Below, piece by piece: positions 49,642 to 62,051 of a stretch of 63,410 bases of DNA. Location of the stretch: assembly GCA_013239625.1 (NCBI GenBank), contig MU053934.1, forward strand, positions 582,074-645,483, written 5' to 3'. Within the stretch, counting starts at the first letter, position 1; each line of letters starts with the position of its first letter. The notes beneath the pieces were generated by a model. It did not search any database. It was given only the letters and a program-made list of their open reading frames with translations, and was not told the origin of the DNA. This stretch comes from Lama guanicoe (taxonomy: Eukaryota). Both the position numbers and the translations under genes were made by a program.

Positions 49642-52383
49642 GGCACGCGCCGCAGCCGCGCGGACCGCGCGGTCGCCCCCGCCTAGGCTCCGCCCCCAGG
49701 CGAGGCACCTCCCTTCTACTGCTCCAGCTCTCTCGCACGCAGGCGGAAGCAACACCCGGAGCCGGGATTCTGGCCTGGGTCGGGATGAAAGGGTGCAAGC
49801 CGGGAGCTCCCCGCCCTTCTCCCCCCACCCCGGCCGCCTCAGGCCTGGCGAGCTTCGCGGAAAGAGGGGGAAGGGAAACGGGACGGGCCCGCAGCTGCTA
49901 TCGTAGAGACTGTTGCAGGCTCGCAAGACCGTGCAGCCTGTCCACTCCCCCTTGAACAAAACAGCCGTCGTGGGAAGTAGGAAGTTTCCCCGCCTCCACT
50001 TCTACTCGGGTCGCCGTTCTCTCGAAAAGGGACAGGGTATGGGGCAGGCTCAGGCTACGGGGAGCCACGCTGAAGGGCTTGAACAGCACCATTTGGGGTT
50101 ATGTATTCAAGAAAGCCGTCCCAGGCTCCCTATTCTTTCCGAGAACCTGCATTTCTTTGCCCCCCCTCCTCCGCCCTTCTCCAAACACACACACCCCATG
50201 CAAGCACAACACGCCCCCTCCCTCTTTCGACTTCATTCTTGCTCTCTCCCTCCTGGCGCAAGAACCCCGAGCGGATCCACTGAATGGACTTCCAGCCTCC
50301 CAGACCTAAAGACGAGAGTGGGGCGCCGAGAGTCCTCTATGGGAGGGAGTGGGGGAAATTGCCCGGGCAAAGGGGGAGGGGATGTGAGAGTGGCTAGAAG
50401 GAGGAGGCCTGGAGAGAAAACCCAGAGGAGGAGGACGCGGAGGGATGGACAACTCTGACTGGGAGACAGGCGCTCCCGCGCGCGATCCAGCTCCCGGGTT
50501 TTTCCTCAGCTCGGTCCCAAGGCTTCTGGGGTCCCCTTCCCCCCGGGGCCCCAACCTCTCCCCAGCTGGGCGGGCCGCCGGGTCTCTACCTCGCCTCCGC
50601 GTGCCGCTCTCTTAGCCCTTGGGCTCAGAGAGGAGGCAGCGGGAAGTCCACCCCAGTTCTAGGAAGGGGCAGGGGAAGGATGCAAAAGGAGGAATAAAGT
50701 GCAAGGGTGGAGGAGGGAGGGGGTGCGTAAGAAAAGGACGCCAAGCTGGAGCTGCCGCGCTGACCACACTCCCCAGAGGTCAGGCTCGGGGCCAAGGGCT
50801 TCGGAGGTTTGTCCCTCGCTCGGCTCCGGACGTGTCTCCTACCTAACTAACCCAGCTCTCGGCCTTTTTAGTTTGCCCCAGCCGGGATCCTTCCCCCATC
50901 CGCACCCTTCCTTGCAGCCTCTTTCAGCAACGACCCCCTCACCCACCTACCCCCCAACTTCTACCATCACCACCAACACCCGCTCTTCCCCAGTTCTGGA
51001 GCGCTGTTTACCTAATCTCAGTGGCCGACGGAGCCGCCGAGCAGAACGCGAGAAGGTAGCGGTTGCACAGCAGCGTCCCCGGCGAAGTGAAAAACGTTTG
51101 CATTGGAGCTTCAGGATAAGTTAACTGAGAAGCTGGGGTCCTGCTGTCTTATCTCTGCTGGGATGAGTCTTACCCTGCACGTTTGCAGGGATGGGAGATC
51201 TTATCTGATTTGGATGCCATTACCGTGTCGGAGAACATTGTATGATAAAATATTATCTAATATCCTAGAGACCATGAAAGTGTCAAAGTTTAATGCCAAG
51301 CCTTTTAGCTCGAAAGCTGCTCCTTTCTTCCTGTGACGTGGAGCTCTGTTCTAGAAAGCGCTGAAAACAAGGGGGTCATTTTTATTTTTTGCAGCCGAAT
51401 GTCCTTGCTTCCTACTACATTCCTCCTCCCCTACTCCAACCCCCGCCCCGGAACCGGGTAAAGTTAAAGCAAGAATTTGGGCTTTCTTTTTATTGATTGC
51501 TTTGCTTCACTTCATTAGTAGTGTAAAATGTATTATTACAATACATTACCATATTAATAAGGGTAATGTGACTGAGGAAGGGAAGAAAGACATGAAATTT
51601 ACAAGCAAAGGAGAAAATAATGGAATAACATAAGAAACTGAAAGATAAGCACGTGGAAAATAAATATCTCCATTATAATTACCCAAATGTGGTGCATTCT
51701 CTAGATTGGATTTTAGAGAAAAAAATAAATAAGACCGGGGGTGGGGTGCAGAGCAATATTCACCCTAGTCAGTAAGGTATACTGAACACATATTCATTAT
51801 TCAGGGATTTCACAAAAATTCCTTGCATCAGTCAATAACCACCTTGAACATATAAAAAGCTTTGCTCCATCAATGCAGTGTTGCAGTGTTTTTAAGTCAG
51901 TGGGATAGCTAATGCTGTAAATGATAGGAATGTTGCCAGATTGCATTTTTTCACAAACTGAACCCTTCTGTCGGTTAATACCATGTCAAGCCCCACATTT
52001 AGAGAATTCCTTTGCCCCACCAGTGGGAAATTTTAATCTATATCTCTATCTATACCTATATCTCCTAAAGTAGGATGTACTTGCCTGTGAGTTACAGCCC
52101 TTTGACGCGAACCAGATATAAATGTCTTCAAAGGATTTCAGCTATGGCATAATATAGTATGAGGAATGCAGAATAAAATATGTAAGGTGATATATCTGTT
52201 ATTTCTGAGGAATCTGCACTGCTTTTGCTAAGCACCGAGAAGTGAAAAAATATTGAGCCCAAACCAACTGTTATCTATTTATCTCCACACAGTTATTGCA
52301 CCTGTCACAGGAGAGATTCACAAAGATCTCTTTTTTAAAAAACAGGGTCAAGGAGACCTAATCGGAAGAAACCTGTCTTAAAA

Positions 52384-52402
52384 CAGCCACTAGGGGGCCC
52401 TA
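52384..52402 (+). promoter_or_regulatory. Candidate CTCF site upstream of the promoter
   Basis: CAGCCACTAGGGGGCCCTA is a near-consensus match to YGGCCASYAGRKGGCRSYA. Confidence 0.6.
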
Positions 52403-52563
52403 AAGGCATCTCAAAGAGGAAACAGAAACCTGCTCTCACCTCCGTTTTCCGGGTCTCTTTTTCTGGGTACCTAATGAAACTGAATCTAAAAACAAGTTAA
52501 AAGCCTGGTGAAAGCTTTGGAGGCAAATCAGGCATTATGTTTTTAAAAGACCAGAGTCCCATT

Positions 52564-52579
52564 TTGACTCATGAGTCAA
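52564..52579. promoter_or_regulatory. 16-bp palindrome of two abutting AP-1 sites
   Basis: TTGACTCATGAGTCAA = TGACTCA (52565-52571) + TGAGTCA (52572-52578). Confidence 0.55.
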
Positions 52580-54263
52580 CAAGTTAGTTGTCCCACTCTT
52601 TCCTCACCTTCAAAAAAACAGCAGAAAAAGAATATTGTACTAACTGAGACGAAAGTAGCCACATACTCCTACCATCTTTAAGTCAACCCAATTATTTTTA
52701 CCCTTCCAAGTAGAACCTCCATTCTAAGATTTTAGGGCTCTTTTCTGAATGCTTTGAATGATCTTCAAGTGCTAGGTAGCAAGACAAATGAATCCTCACG
52801 GGGTGATACGAAGAAATTTTAAACAACCTATACAGCAGGGCATCCACTAGCCAACTTATGGGAAGGAAGCTAACCATAGAGATGCTGGCCCTGGACCAGA
52901 GTCCTGGAAGCACCTTGCAGGCCAAGTATTAAATCTTTAGTGTGGGTCCTGGTGAAATGGTGGCGGAAGTGGAAGTGGCAGGCATGGGGGGATTCCTGGG
53001 GGAGGGTGATGGTAGCTGGTGTGGTAAGGCAGAGTATGCTGGAAAGGTGGAGGGGTGGTGCTTACTGCTAAGGACACTTAACCAACCAGCATGGAAGGAT
53101 TTCAATATTTCAGCAAGTAATATTATATTTGTCAAAACAATGGAATGTCAGGTCTGATCATACCTAAAGTTGCCCCAAATTTTCTGTAGACTTCAGTATC
53201 TGGCCATCAGATTTTCAGGACGTCCAAATCCTTGGCAGCCACATGATAGATTTCCTATATCTTACCAGTAAATAAGGTTAAGAGATCCTTTATGAGAGTC
53301 AAGAATCAAACAGCACTCAGGCTGCACAGATATGGAGAAGTCTAATTATCCTTTAACCAACAGTGCAGAAATATCTGCAAGAGATGTCTTATCCAGACAC
53401 ATTTCAAGTGTAAATTTAAGTGCTGGCTGTGAAACTCTTCTCTGTCGTTGAGGTCAATATTCAAAAGACATTCCGGAGCAAAACAAAATGCTTCCATCGG
53501 GGCTAAGCAGAGAACAAGCTCCTTCCTAGCTAAAGAAATAAAGAACGCTGCAAAAGCCACCAAATTAACACTCATGGGAGTGTGATTTGAACATAATTTA
53601 ACTAAAAAACAAAGCAAGCCTAGAACTGAGACATGAGACAGGAATGGGGATGAAATATTCTTAGTGGAATAAGAGATAGTCTATGTTCTCATCATCACGT
53701 TCATTAAGCAGGCAAGGTACAGGTATTCTCAAAATAGCATTATTAACTTCTGGAAGACTTGCCATTGAAAACCCTCAGAGCCAGCTAATTAGAACAAATC
53801 TGGCTCTAGATGGAGAATCCCATTGTCTTTAGGAGAGAGAGCTGATTCACTTACTGACTGTGAAAGTCCATCTGATGAAAACCTTGCAAGGTACAGAGCA
53901 CCCTGATCACCTTATGATAAAATGCTTCACTGGGGACCCAAAGCCCCTCTGGAGACAGAAATGAAACATCAGTGCTGAAGATGTCCATTTACAGGACGGA
54001 ATGAGATTTTTCTCCCGAGATCCCGACCCCCAGTAAAGATAAGGTCTCCTCAAGCTAGTGGCTCACAAGACCCTCAAAACAAAAATGAAAAAAAAAATTT
54101 GAACATTGGTAAAGACATCAAAGTCCTGAAATAAAAGATGATAGCATATACTTTTGGGGGCATTTAGGCATAAACTCTGTTTAAATGGCTGTCATGGTTG
54201 TGCAGATATATTTTATCAGGTTTTAACTCCCCCCCACCCCGTCTATCTAAGGGTCCCGTAGAT

Positions 54264-54403
54264 CAGGACATCTCAAACCTCAATGTGCATATATCACCTG
54301 GGAATCTTGCTAAGAAGCAGATACTGACCAGCAGCCTGGAATAGGGCCTGAGACTGCTTTTCCGACAAGTTCCTGTCCATGGACCGCACTTTGAGGAGCA
54401 AGG
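54264..54403. mobile_element. MER5A-like hAT-Charlie MITE
   Basis: tctcaaacctcaatgtgcatatatcacctgggaatcttgctaa..gcagat..gggcctgagact..ggaccgcactttgaggagcaagg. Confidence 0.75.
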
Positions 54404-54466
54404 CTGTAAAGGACACGTGTTGGTAGTCAACCACATCCTATATTCCCTTTCTATTCCTACGGGTAT

Positions 54467-55155
54467 TGTGTTACTAGAGTTCCCCAAAAAGTAAATCCTG
54501 AGGCAAGGATTTGGGGGCCAGAAGATTATTTGGAAGCTTGGTGAGAGTGTGAGGAAATGAAATAGGAAAGGGAGGAAGACCAATAAGGAGTGAATTAATA
54601 AATGGCCAGTGGGTGCTCAGTTCTGATAAGGACCCTCTGAGAAAATTGTTTAGAATAGCATTGTCCAAAAATGCTTCACTGTGATGGAAATGTTACATAT
54701 TTGTCCTGTCCAATATGGTAGCCACTAGCCACATGTGACTATTGTGCACTTGAAATGAGGCTAGTGTGACCTAGAAACTGAATTTTTTATTTTCTCTAAT
54801 GTTAATTGATTTACATGTAAATAGCCACATATGACTACTGGCTACTGTGCTGGACAGGACAAGTGAAGAAAATAACTTGGAATTGTCTTACTAAGGGCCA
54901 GGAAACCTAGAGGAATATTTATCCCACCAAATCCTTTCGTTCATGAGAGTTACTGTTGGAAATCGGTCAGTTCCTAGTACTGTTGGAATTGGTAGTTCTT
55001 CCATGCTCCCTGGCCAGAGCATACCCCCAGCAGAGAGTAACAGGTGCTTCAGGTAGGGAACCATCAGTGTATATAGAAACTGTCCATCAAAGGTGGAGGT
55101 GATCCCCACGGTGGGTCTAGGGGATATGAGCAAGACACTGACAGCATTTGCTACA
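54467..55155 (-). mobile_element. LTR16-like ERVL LTR, interrupted by MER3
   Basis: gttccccaaaaagtaaatcctgaggcaaggattt..ttatttgga..aggaaagggaggaagaccaataa ... ggggatatgagc..gacagcatttgctaca. Confidence 0.65.
54656..54862 (+). mobile_element. MER3 hAT-Charlie MITE, full length
   Basis: tgtccaatatggtagccactagccacatgtgactattgtgcacttgaaatg..aaatagccacat..gctactgtgctggacag; degenerate 8-bp TSD GTTTAGAA/GTGAAGAA. Confidence 0.88.
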
Positions 55156-55450
55156 AGAATCCAGATTTTATTTGGAACCCAACCTATCTATTCCTCATTC
55201 CAGGAGCAGAGCCTGAACTGCATAAGCTAACCAATGTCTTCCATAGTCCTGACCACCATCATCAGTGCAAAGCTGGGTAGATAAGCTAGTCTGGTCCAAT
55301 CAAGGTGACTCTCGGGACTTTGGGATGCTGGACTACCAAAAGTGTTTTTTCACCATGTGGTCCACAGATACAAAGCTGTAGTCTTTTCACTGCCACAAAG
55401 GATAAAACTGACACTGAGAATAGGAGAGCACAGAGAGACAGAACACCCAG

Positions 55451-55882
55451 TACGTATCAAGATTGCTTTCTGCTGCCAGTAACAGAATGTCAGGCTACTA
55501 GGACCTTACATAACCATCTCACATCATGAGAAATCTCAAGGTAGGCAAGTCCAGGTTTGCTGCAGCAGCTCTGTGGTTTCGTCAAGGACCCAAGATCTTT
55601 ATATCTAGTCTGCTATTCTGCCATCTGCCACATATTGGCTTTATGTGTTGCCTCATGGTCACAAGATGGCTGTGGTGGCTCCAAACATCATGTTCTCAAA
55701 CCAGCATCCAATGCAGAAAGAAAAAGACAGGCAGAAAGCACTTTCTCTTTTACTATATTTCCTCCTTAGGATTGACTTATGCTAATTGTGATTCACCTTC
55801 TGGAGGTGCAACATTGTTGGGTTTTGTTAGCAAAGAAGGGGAGGAAGTGGCTCTTGGGTACAAACTAATATCACCTGCTCCA
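55451..55882 (-). mobile_element. Old MLT1 LTR nested in the opposite-strand MLT1
   Basis: gattgctttctgctgccagtaacaga..tcaaggacccaag..ctgctattctgccatc..gcctcatggtcacaagatggctg. Confidence 0.65.
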
Positions 55883-57997
55883 GGACCCTTGATGATGCCA
55901 CTGAGTCACTGAACAGGACTAACCCTGAAAGTTACCCTTACTCTGAACCTCATCTATGTGGGCCAATAAATCGACCTACTATGTACGTTTTAGTTGTTTC
56001 TCTTACTTGTGTCAAAACATCCTAACTGATACAGACAAAAAGATCTAGGTCCGAAGACTCACTCCCTGGATGCAGTGACAGCTACCTGTGGAAGGGTACC
56101 AGGAGCTCCCTCTCCTCTGGAGAGTGAAATTGGGCTTGGAAATCATTAATTTTATGCTTGGCATGAACAGAGACCTAGCTGCCCTGTGAGTATTAATCCC
56201 CACGCTCCACCTAATACCCATCATACGTGCTGGTCTGCTGAGGGACAACTTTCCTTTGCCTGGGAATCTAGTTCACATTCCAATCCCCCGCTGAGTCCGA
56301 GGCACATCCTGAGACCCAGACTGCTTGGTTGTTTTTTTAATCATCCTCACCCCCATTCCTTAGCTTCTGCTGGTATTTCTATTATCGGGCTGGATCCTGC
56401 CTCCAGAGCCTTCGCTTTGACCTTGAACGATCTATATTCTGGCAAGAACCTGACTTGAGAACTGCCGATGACTCAAAAGTTCCTGTAACAGCTCTTTTCT
56501 TCACCACGGCAATTGGACCTTTGGCTTTTATTTCTGTGTGTTTGTACTTGGGGATGCTATGGTCACAGAACTAGGGGATTTAGATTGATGACCTCTGTGT
56601 GGATGGGGCAAGTCATCGTTATCCCAGTTAAACTCAAAACCCAAGCCCCAAATTAGTCTCCTCTTTCACGGGAGATGAAGGCATACCTGAGAGCCAGGGA
56701 AGGGCTGTTTCTGACAGTGTTTTACCCAGTCCTGCGAGAAAGTCAGAGATTTCTATCTTAAATAATTTTTTTTATTGCTCACTTAAGAAGTTTTAAAAAT
56801 GTAACTTGAGTGTTTAGAATCATGTCACCTACGGCTTAGAGCATAACTACTATCCACACACTAGCACCTTGCTACGCATTCTGTGGGGTGGGAGTGATAG
56901 GGAAAGTGGATGAAAGAAATATGGATGTGGTTTCTACAACTGAGCATCTCCAAATCCAATTCAGGAGACAGGCGTTTACTCTGAGGAGTTAAATGACTTT
57001 GCAAACATTAGATAAATACAAAGAGTTTGTCACGGGTCTTCTCAAAAGATATAGTAAAGTTAAGCTGTGTCATGAATCTGAAAAAGAGAGATTACCATGG
57101 TTCATCTAGTCTTCAGAAAATTTCTAAGAGCAGGAGGTTCTTGTTGGATTTTGAGGATTTGGTGAGATTTGAGCAGACGTAGAGAAGTTTCAAGCTTTGA
57201 GGAGCAACAAAGATGTTAAGCAGAAGGTGTGACTGGCTACAGTGATGCATTTATTGAAGGGATCAGAAACTGGACAGCTAAGTTGGATCCAGAGTTATTT
57301 TACAAAGAGTATCTGAATCCCTACTGTGTGTCAGTTACTATGCTGACCATTAAGGATTTTAATACAAATAAAGACAGTGCTTGTTCTTTTAGTGGCTCAC
57401 AGTCAAGTGGATAGAGAGGGGGAAATTACAAGGTGGTGCGTTAAATTCTTAACTTTTCGTTGACTCACCCACTGTTTTTCCTCAGTCACCAATCCCTGTC
57501 CATCCCACCCTCAAAACATCCTTCAAATCCATCTCCTCGGCTTCATCCAAACTGTTTCTGCCTCAGCTCAGATCTTAATCTCTCACCCGGAATATTGCAA
57601 AACTCACCTTAAAATCTGTAGCTTTCTCAGACCAGCCTTTTCCCTGTCCTACATGTTAACCAACTTACCTCCGCAAAGTAAATCTGAGCATATTTCTTAC
57701 AAACTTATGTTTACTTCTGTCTTGATTCCACTTCCTTTCCAAAAATATAATTCTAGTCTGACTCCCCTACATGGGGATCTGGATACCCAGCCCTGACAGG
57801 GTTTGGGGAGTCCCCAAGAGTTCTATGAGCCTGAGAAAGTAGAGCCAAGGGGAAGCCCATATTCCAGAACCTTGCTTGAAAGCCTCAAATAAAGTGTCAA
57901 CCCTGAAGTATCAGTCAGGTTTGAATAGAGAAGAAGTAACCAGGGATGATGCTTTTAAAAGACTTGGATAATGATTTGCCACGGATTTTTCAGTCCA

Positions 57998-58645
57998 CCA
58001 GGCACTGTTCAAAACACTTTCACGTGTTAGCTTGGTTACTCATACTCGACCTTATGAGGGTGTTACAATGACAGGTATCCCCCACGTTTCAAAAGCACTG
58101 TACGCCACTTCTCTTTTATAAAAGACCTGTATCAGTTCCTGTCTTCGTTAACCAAAAGAAATCCAAAGAGGATCTTCAGTTTTATTAATAAAAAGGTGAA
58201 AAGTGAAAGTAGCGATTGGCGTTTGTTTTGCAGGGAGCCTGGACAGAGGCAGCATGCACCCCAAGCAGGGAGAGGGGGCCCCTGCCAAGCTCCTTCCCCG
58301 GGAACCACACTCAGCATCTCAGCTTCAGGCCACCATAGCTTTGCACCGTCTGTGAGCACCTGTGCTTTATCTCATTTTATCCTGTGCATCCATTAGCAAG
58401 ATGCGTCCTAAGCTCATTGTTTCTTCACTTGATGCCGTTTCAGCTTATGGAGGGTCTTGCGGAATGCTCTGCTTTTAGACAGAGCGGGACACCTGTATTA
58501 TCATCGTAGCCAGTTTACAGGTGAGATTACTAAGACCCAAAGAAGTAGGGTAACTTATCAAAGGTTACCCAGTTAGGAACAGTAGGACTGGAATCCAAAC
58601 ACAGAGAGTTTATTTCCAGAGCCCGTGCTCTTAACTACCATGCCA
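57998..58645 (-). mobile_element. MIR SINE split by a MITE
   Basis: ccaggcactgttcaaaacactttcac.. | tattatc..tttacaggtgag..ggtaacttatcaaaggttacccag..ccagagcccgtgctcttaactaccatgcc. Confidence 0.7.
58072..58495. mobile_element. Tc1/mariner (Tigger-like) MITE with terminal inverted repeats
   Basis: Left CAGGTATCCC.. versus the reverse complement of the right end CAGGTGTCCC.. (about 25-bp imperfect TIR); TA follows the right end. Confidence 0.75.
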
Positions 58646-59234
58646 AATTGCCTCTGTAAAGAGTGAGCACCAGAACAAATTACGGCGATCATAACACAGA
58701 CGAGGAGATGAATTTGGAGGTGCATCTCTGAGCCGCTCGAACAGAGCTGCAGGGGCTTTTTAAAGGTTGTTCACAACCTTGACTAATGGCTGGGGAGGAG
58801 GCGGATAGAGATGCAGGCTAGCTCCCTATATTTTCTATCTGTGTCATCTAATATAGATGCCATTCACCGTGTCATTATTTTTAACCCCCAATTATTTATA
58901 GAATCCTTTGGAGAGGGCTACCCTGGTTTGTCCTCCCTTGCCCCTGATCCACATTTCCATGTGTTCATTTCTGTTCTTCACTGCTTCATCGTAAATTTTA
59001 ATTTTTTCTATTTGTATTTTTTTTTCATTCTCCTTACAATTCTTTACACCATCTGTCTCCCTTTGAACTTCATTTTCTTTGTCTTGGCATCTTGGCCTTT
59101 CTGCTCTAGTTCTATTGATGTCAAGTGGGTTCTAAAATATTACTTTATTTCCAATAGTAAATCATTTTGAGATAATTCCTCTTTGCTTAAATCTGTAGAT
59201 TCTTCTTCCCTTTTCCTTGTTCTGTAGTGCCTTT

Positions 59235-59358
59235 AAAATTTTTTTTTGGTGGGGAGAGGTAATTAAGTTTATTTACTTTCAGTGAAGGTACTGGGGATTG
59301 AACCCGGGACCTCGTGCATGCTAAGCACATGCTGTACCACTGAGCTATACCCTCCCAC
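59235..59358 (-). mobile_element. tRNA-Ala-derived SINE (vic-1-like)
   Basis: Minus strand gggagggtatagctcagtggtacagcatgtgcttagcatgcacgaggtcccgggttcaatccccagtacc, then aataaacttaattacctctcccc and an A tail; degenerate TSD ctgtagtgccttt/ttgcagtgctttt. Confidence 0.9.
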
Positions 59359-60504
59359 CTTTGCAGTGCTTTTCATTGGCTTCATATAATTGCTCTTTCC
59401 TCTCTGTTGATCTTTAAGTTAGAAGGAATTCACCTACATGTGGTGTTTACCAATACGCTGGTGATGGATTTCCCTTCGAGCAAGCCTCAGAGTGGTAGCT
59501 TGGAACTGTTTTCCAGATCTACAGCTGGACAGAGATTGGTAGGTACAAACAGCTCCTGGCCAGTGTCCCCCCACTCCCACCCCCCAGCTGACTTGGGTCA
59601 TGTGTGTTTGCTAGACTGAGAAGCAGTCTTCTCTTTCCCTGCCACCTGGCTCTCTGATGCTCTGAACAGGATGGGGTATGCAAACGACAGTTCCCAGCTC
59701 TTCCTTCCACTGCGCATTCCCATACTCCTTTACCCGTGGAAACGGTATCTTTCAGAGTCTCATTAGTTGAGACCTGGACTCTGTCAAACACTGGGGGTTG
59801 GTAGAAATTATGTCGAAGGGTCTGTCTATGAATTCAAGTTCCTCCTGCTTCGATTGGCTCAGTGAAGGTGACTGACCTGACCCATGACTGTTTCCTTCTC
59901 CATCCCCACCAACAGCTGTGTAGTTGCTAGAAATAAGAACTCAACGGAGAGGCCCCCTGTTCCATGCAATTGTATTGCGAAAAGTTGCAAAAGGCAACGA
60001 TGGACCAAAGCTGTTTCATGCTCACGAGGGAGGGGACCACTGCTTATCATTTCCTTGTGCCTGGTCATAGGGCCTTTGTTCATGCGCATCACCTGCTGAA
60101 GGATTTGCTTGATGCTGAACTTTAGTGACAAGTACATACTCCAGTGGAAAGTTCCAGTGGAAGCAGGCTGTGGGAATTCAGATAGGAATTCAGATATTGC
60201 ATCTTCTCTTGGGAATAATCGTCCACTTCAATAGGACATGAGAAGAACTTAAGAAGACCATATTTGGTGGTCGGATTAGCCAAGCCAAAGCCAGCCAGAA
60301 GAGCCTAACCATTAGCCTGATTGTTGCTGTGGATTCAGCATCCCATGAAGAGTATTGTGGCCATTAGTTAACTCTTTCCTGCCTAACCTAGGTAAATTAC
60401 TTGCTACATGCTGGTGGAAAATGTTGCCACTGAAGATATTTGAGTTTAACATCCATGTGTTCAACCCAGATCTTTTGAGGGTCTCCTCTTCTTGCCAAAT
60501 AATA

Positions 60505-60850
60505 AGGAATGTGTTCCTTCTCTCACAGAGAAAATGATGTAGTTGGAGAGACAAACATTAAACAAACACAAATATGTACCTCACGGTTAATTAGGGAAAT
60601 ACTACAAAGGAAACAGAACAGGTACAGTGGGGAAAAGGAGTTAAGGGTTCAGGGTGATCTTTCCAAGGAAAGTACGTTGAGGCTGAGATCTGATGTAGGA
60701 GTAAGTCAGGCAGTGAGTGAGGACAAGAGAGTCCAAGTCGGAGGAACGGCATGTGCACAGCAGGGAGGCAGGAGAATGCAGCCGGTCTGAGGGACTAAGA
60801 AAAGGCCAGTGTGGCTGGAACTCAGTGAACAGGAGGGAGCATCCTCAAGA
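60505..60850 (-). mobile_element. L2 fragment
   Basis: ggagagacaaacattaaacaa..tgaggctgagatctga..gaggaacggcatgtgcacag..aaggccagtgtggctggaactcagtga. Confidence 0.75.
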
Positions 60851-62051
60851 GACGACGACGTGAACAGCCGCTGAGGGCATCTGGCGCAATCAACAAGAGA
60901 TGAATCAGCGGATGGCCACGTAGCAGTGTGGTCCCTTGAGCACAGCGTGAATTAATCCTCACCCACATCAGCACAGTTCTGGGACTCTGTCCAGCAATAT
61001 CCTACCACTCTGTTTGTCCTTCAGTTTTGCCTCTGTTAAAGGGAGAGGGGGAAACCCAGCTTCACCCTTTGTGATGGTCTTCCTGTCTCCTCTAATTTGT
61101 GCCGGAAGACCTACTTAACTCCTTCTGTAGCCTATCCTTCGGTCATATTCTGGGAACACCCTGTCCTAAGCAGGGGATTATTTGAAAACTGCCACAGTTC
61201 TTGGACTCTAAATTGAGCTGGGTTTGTGATTGTCTCTCTCATCCCAGCTGCTTCCCAGTGGGAATGGGACGGCCTTTCAGTCATGGTGGCTTTGCTGGGA
61301 TCCCCTCCGGTCAGTTGCTTGCCTTTAGAATAAAAGCCATGATCTTATTTTATAAACCCGTTAGTTGGTCAAAGCATCCACCTGGGCTCCTAGAAAGCCC
61401 CCACTGTTACCCAGGTAGCATTATCATATGACATCTTAATCCTTCCAATAAAACCTCTTAGAGTTAACCTAATCTCTTCCAGTTGCACTTGAAACTAATT
61501 TCCTATTGTTCAGATCTTGGTAGGAACCAGGCGATTTGGTCACAACCCTTCCTGTGGAGGCAATATTCCAGTTTAAAAAAATAATTAAATCACCCTGTTC
61601 AGCCTTCCTTTTGCCAGACTAATTTAAATCCCTGAAACTTCTTTTTTGGTCACATATTTGGACCTTACATCCTTAAGGGCTTTTGAGGGCAAGTCTCATT
61701 ATTTACCAGGGTAAACGCTTTTCCGAAACAGTAACAGCCACAAGGACAACAATACCTTGCAACTTGGTGACATTTAACTTTTTTTTTCCTGGTGCTTTTT
61801 TTTTTGCACATACATTATCTTACTTTGTCTGCTTAATGACTCTGTGAATTAGGGAGGGTGAATGTTATTGTATCCCTGGCGGGGGAAAAAAATACAATGA
61901 AACTCAGCCTTAATTCACTTGAGGAGAGGTTCAGGATCAAGTTGGACCCATGTGAGGCTTCAGCCGCTTCACTGTAGCCTCCCTCGGAACCCGGAGCTGA
62001 CTTGCTCCTCTGTGGAATGCCTGTGCCTTTTATCAAAGGTCACCCAAGGAC

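Larger units (their letters stand above)
48480..50830. promoter_or_regulatory. CpG island / promoter
   Basis: Abrupt rise in GC and CpG density (cgcg, ccgg and gcggcg throughout) against CpG-depleted flanks; free of TEs. Confidence 0.93.
54405..56033 (+). mobile_element. Old MLT1 (J/K/L-like) LTR, interrupted twice
   Basis: Pieces 54405-54466, 55156-55450 and 55883-56033 read as one LTR (..ggccaataaat..cttacttg..catcctaactgataca). Confidence 0.55.

Noticed and set aside
48503..49959. Long Arg/Gly/Pro/Ala-rich ORFs (up to 351 aa) on both strands
   Set aside because: Expected from stop-codon scarcity in a CpG island; overlapping in many frames, several crossing the N gap, no recognisable protein.
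58811..59170. Hydrophobic 119-aa ORF suggesting a membrane protein
   Set aside because: Phe/Leu/Ile richness comes from T-rich sequence, probably an old antisense L1 fragment.
59283..59356. tRNA-Ala(AGC) gene (also 46134-46207, 14794-14869, 20836-20911)
   Set aside because: Each has a SINE or A-rich tail, two have TSDs, and all carry stem-disrupting substitutions; these are SINE heads, not tRNA genes.
60860..61660. Possible old LTR and CR1/L3 fragments
   Set aside because: Resemblance too weak to assign a family or boundaries without a database search.
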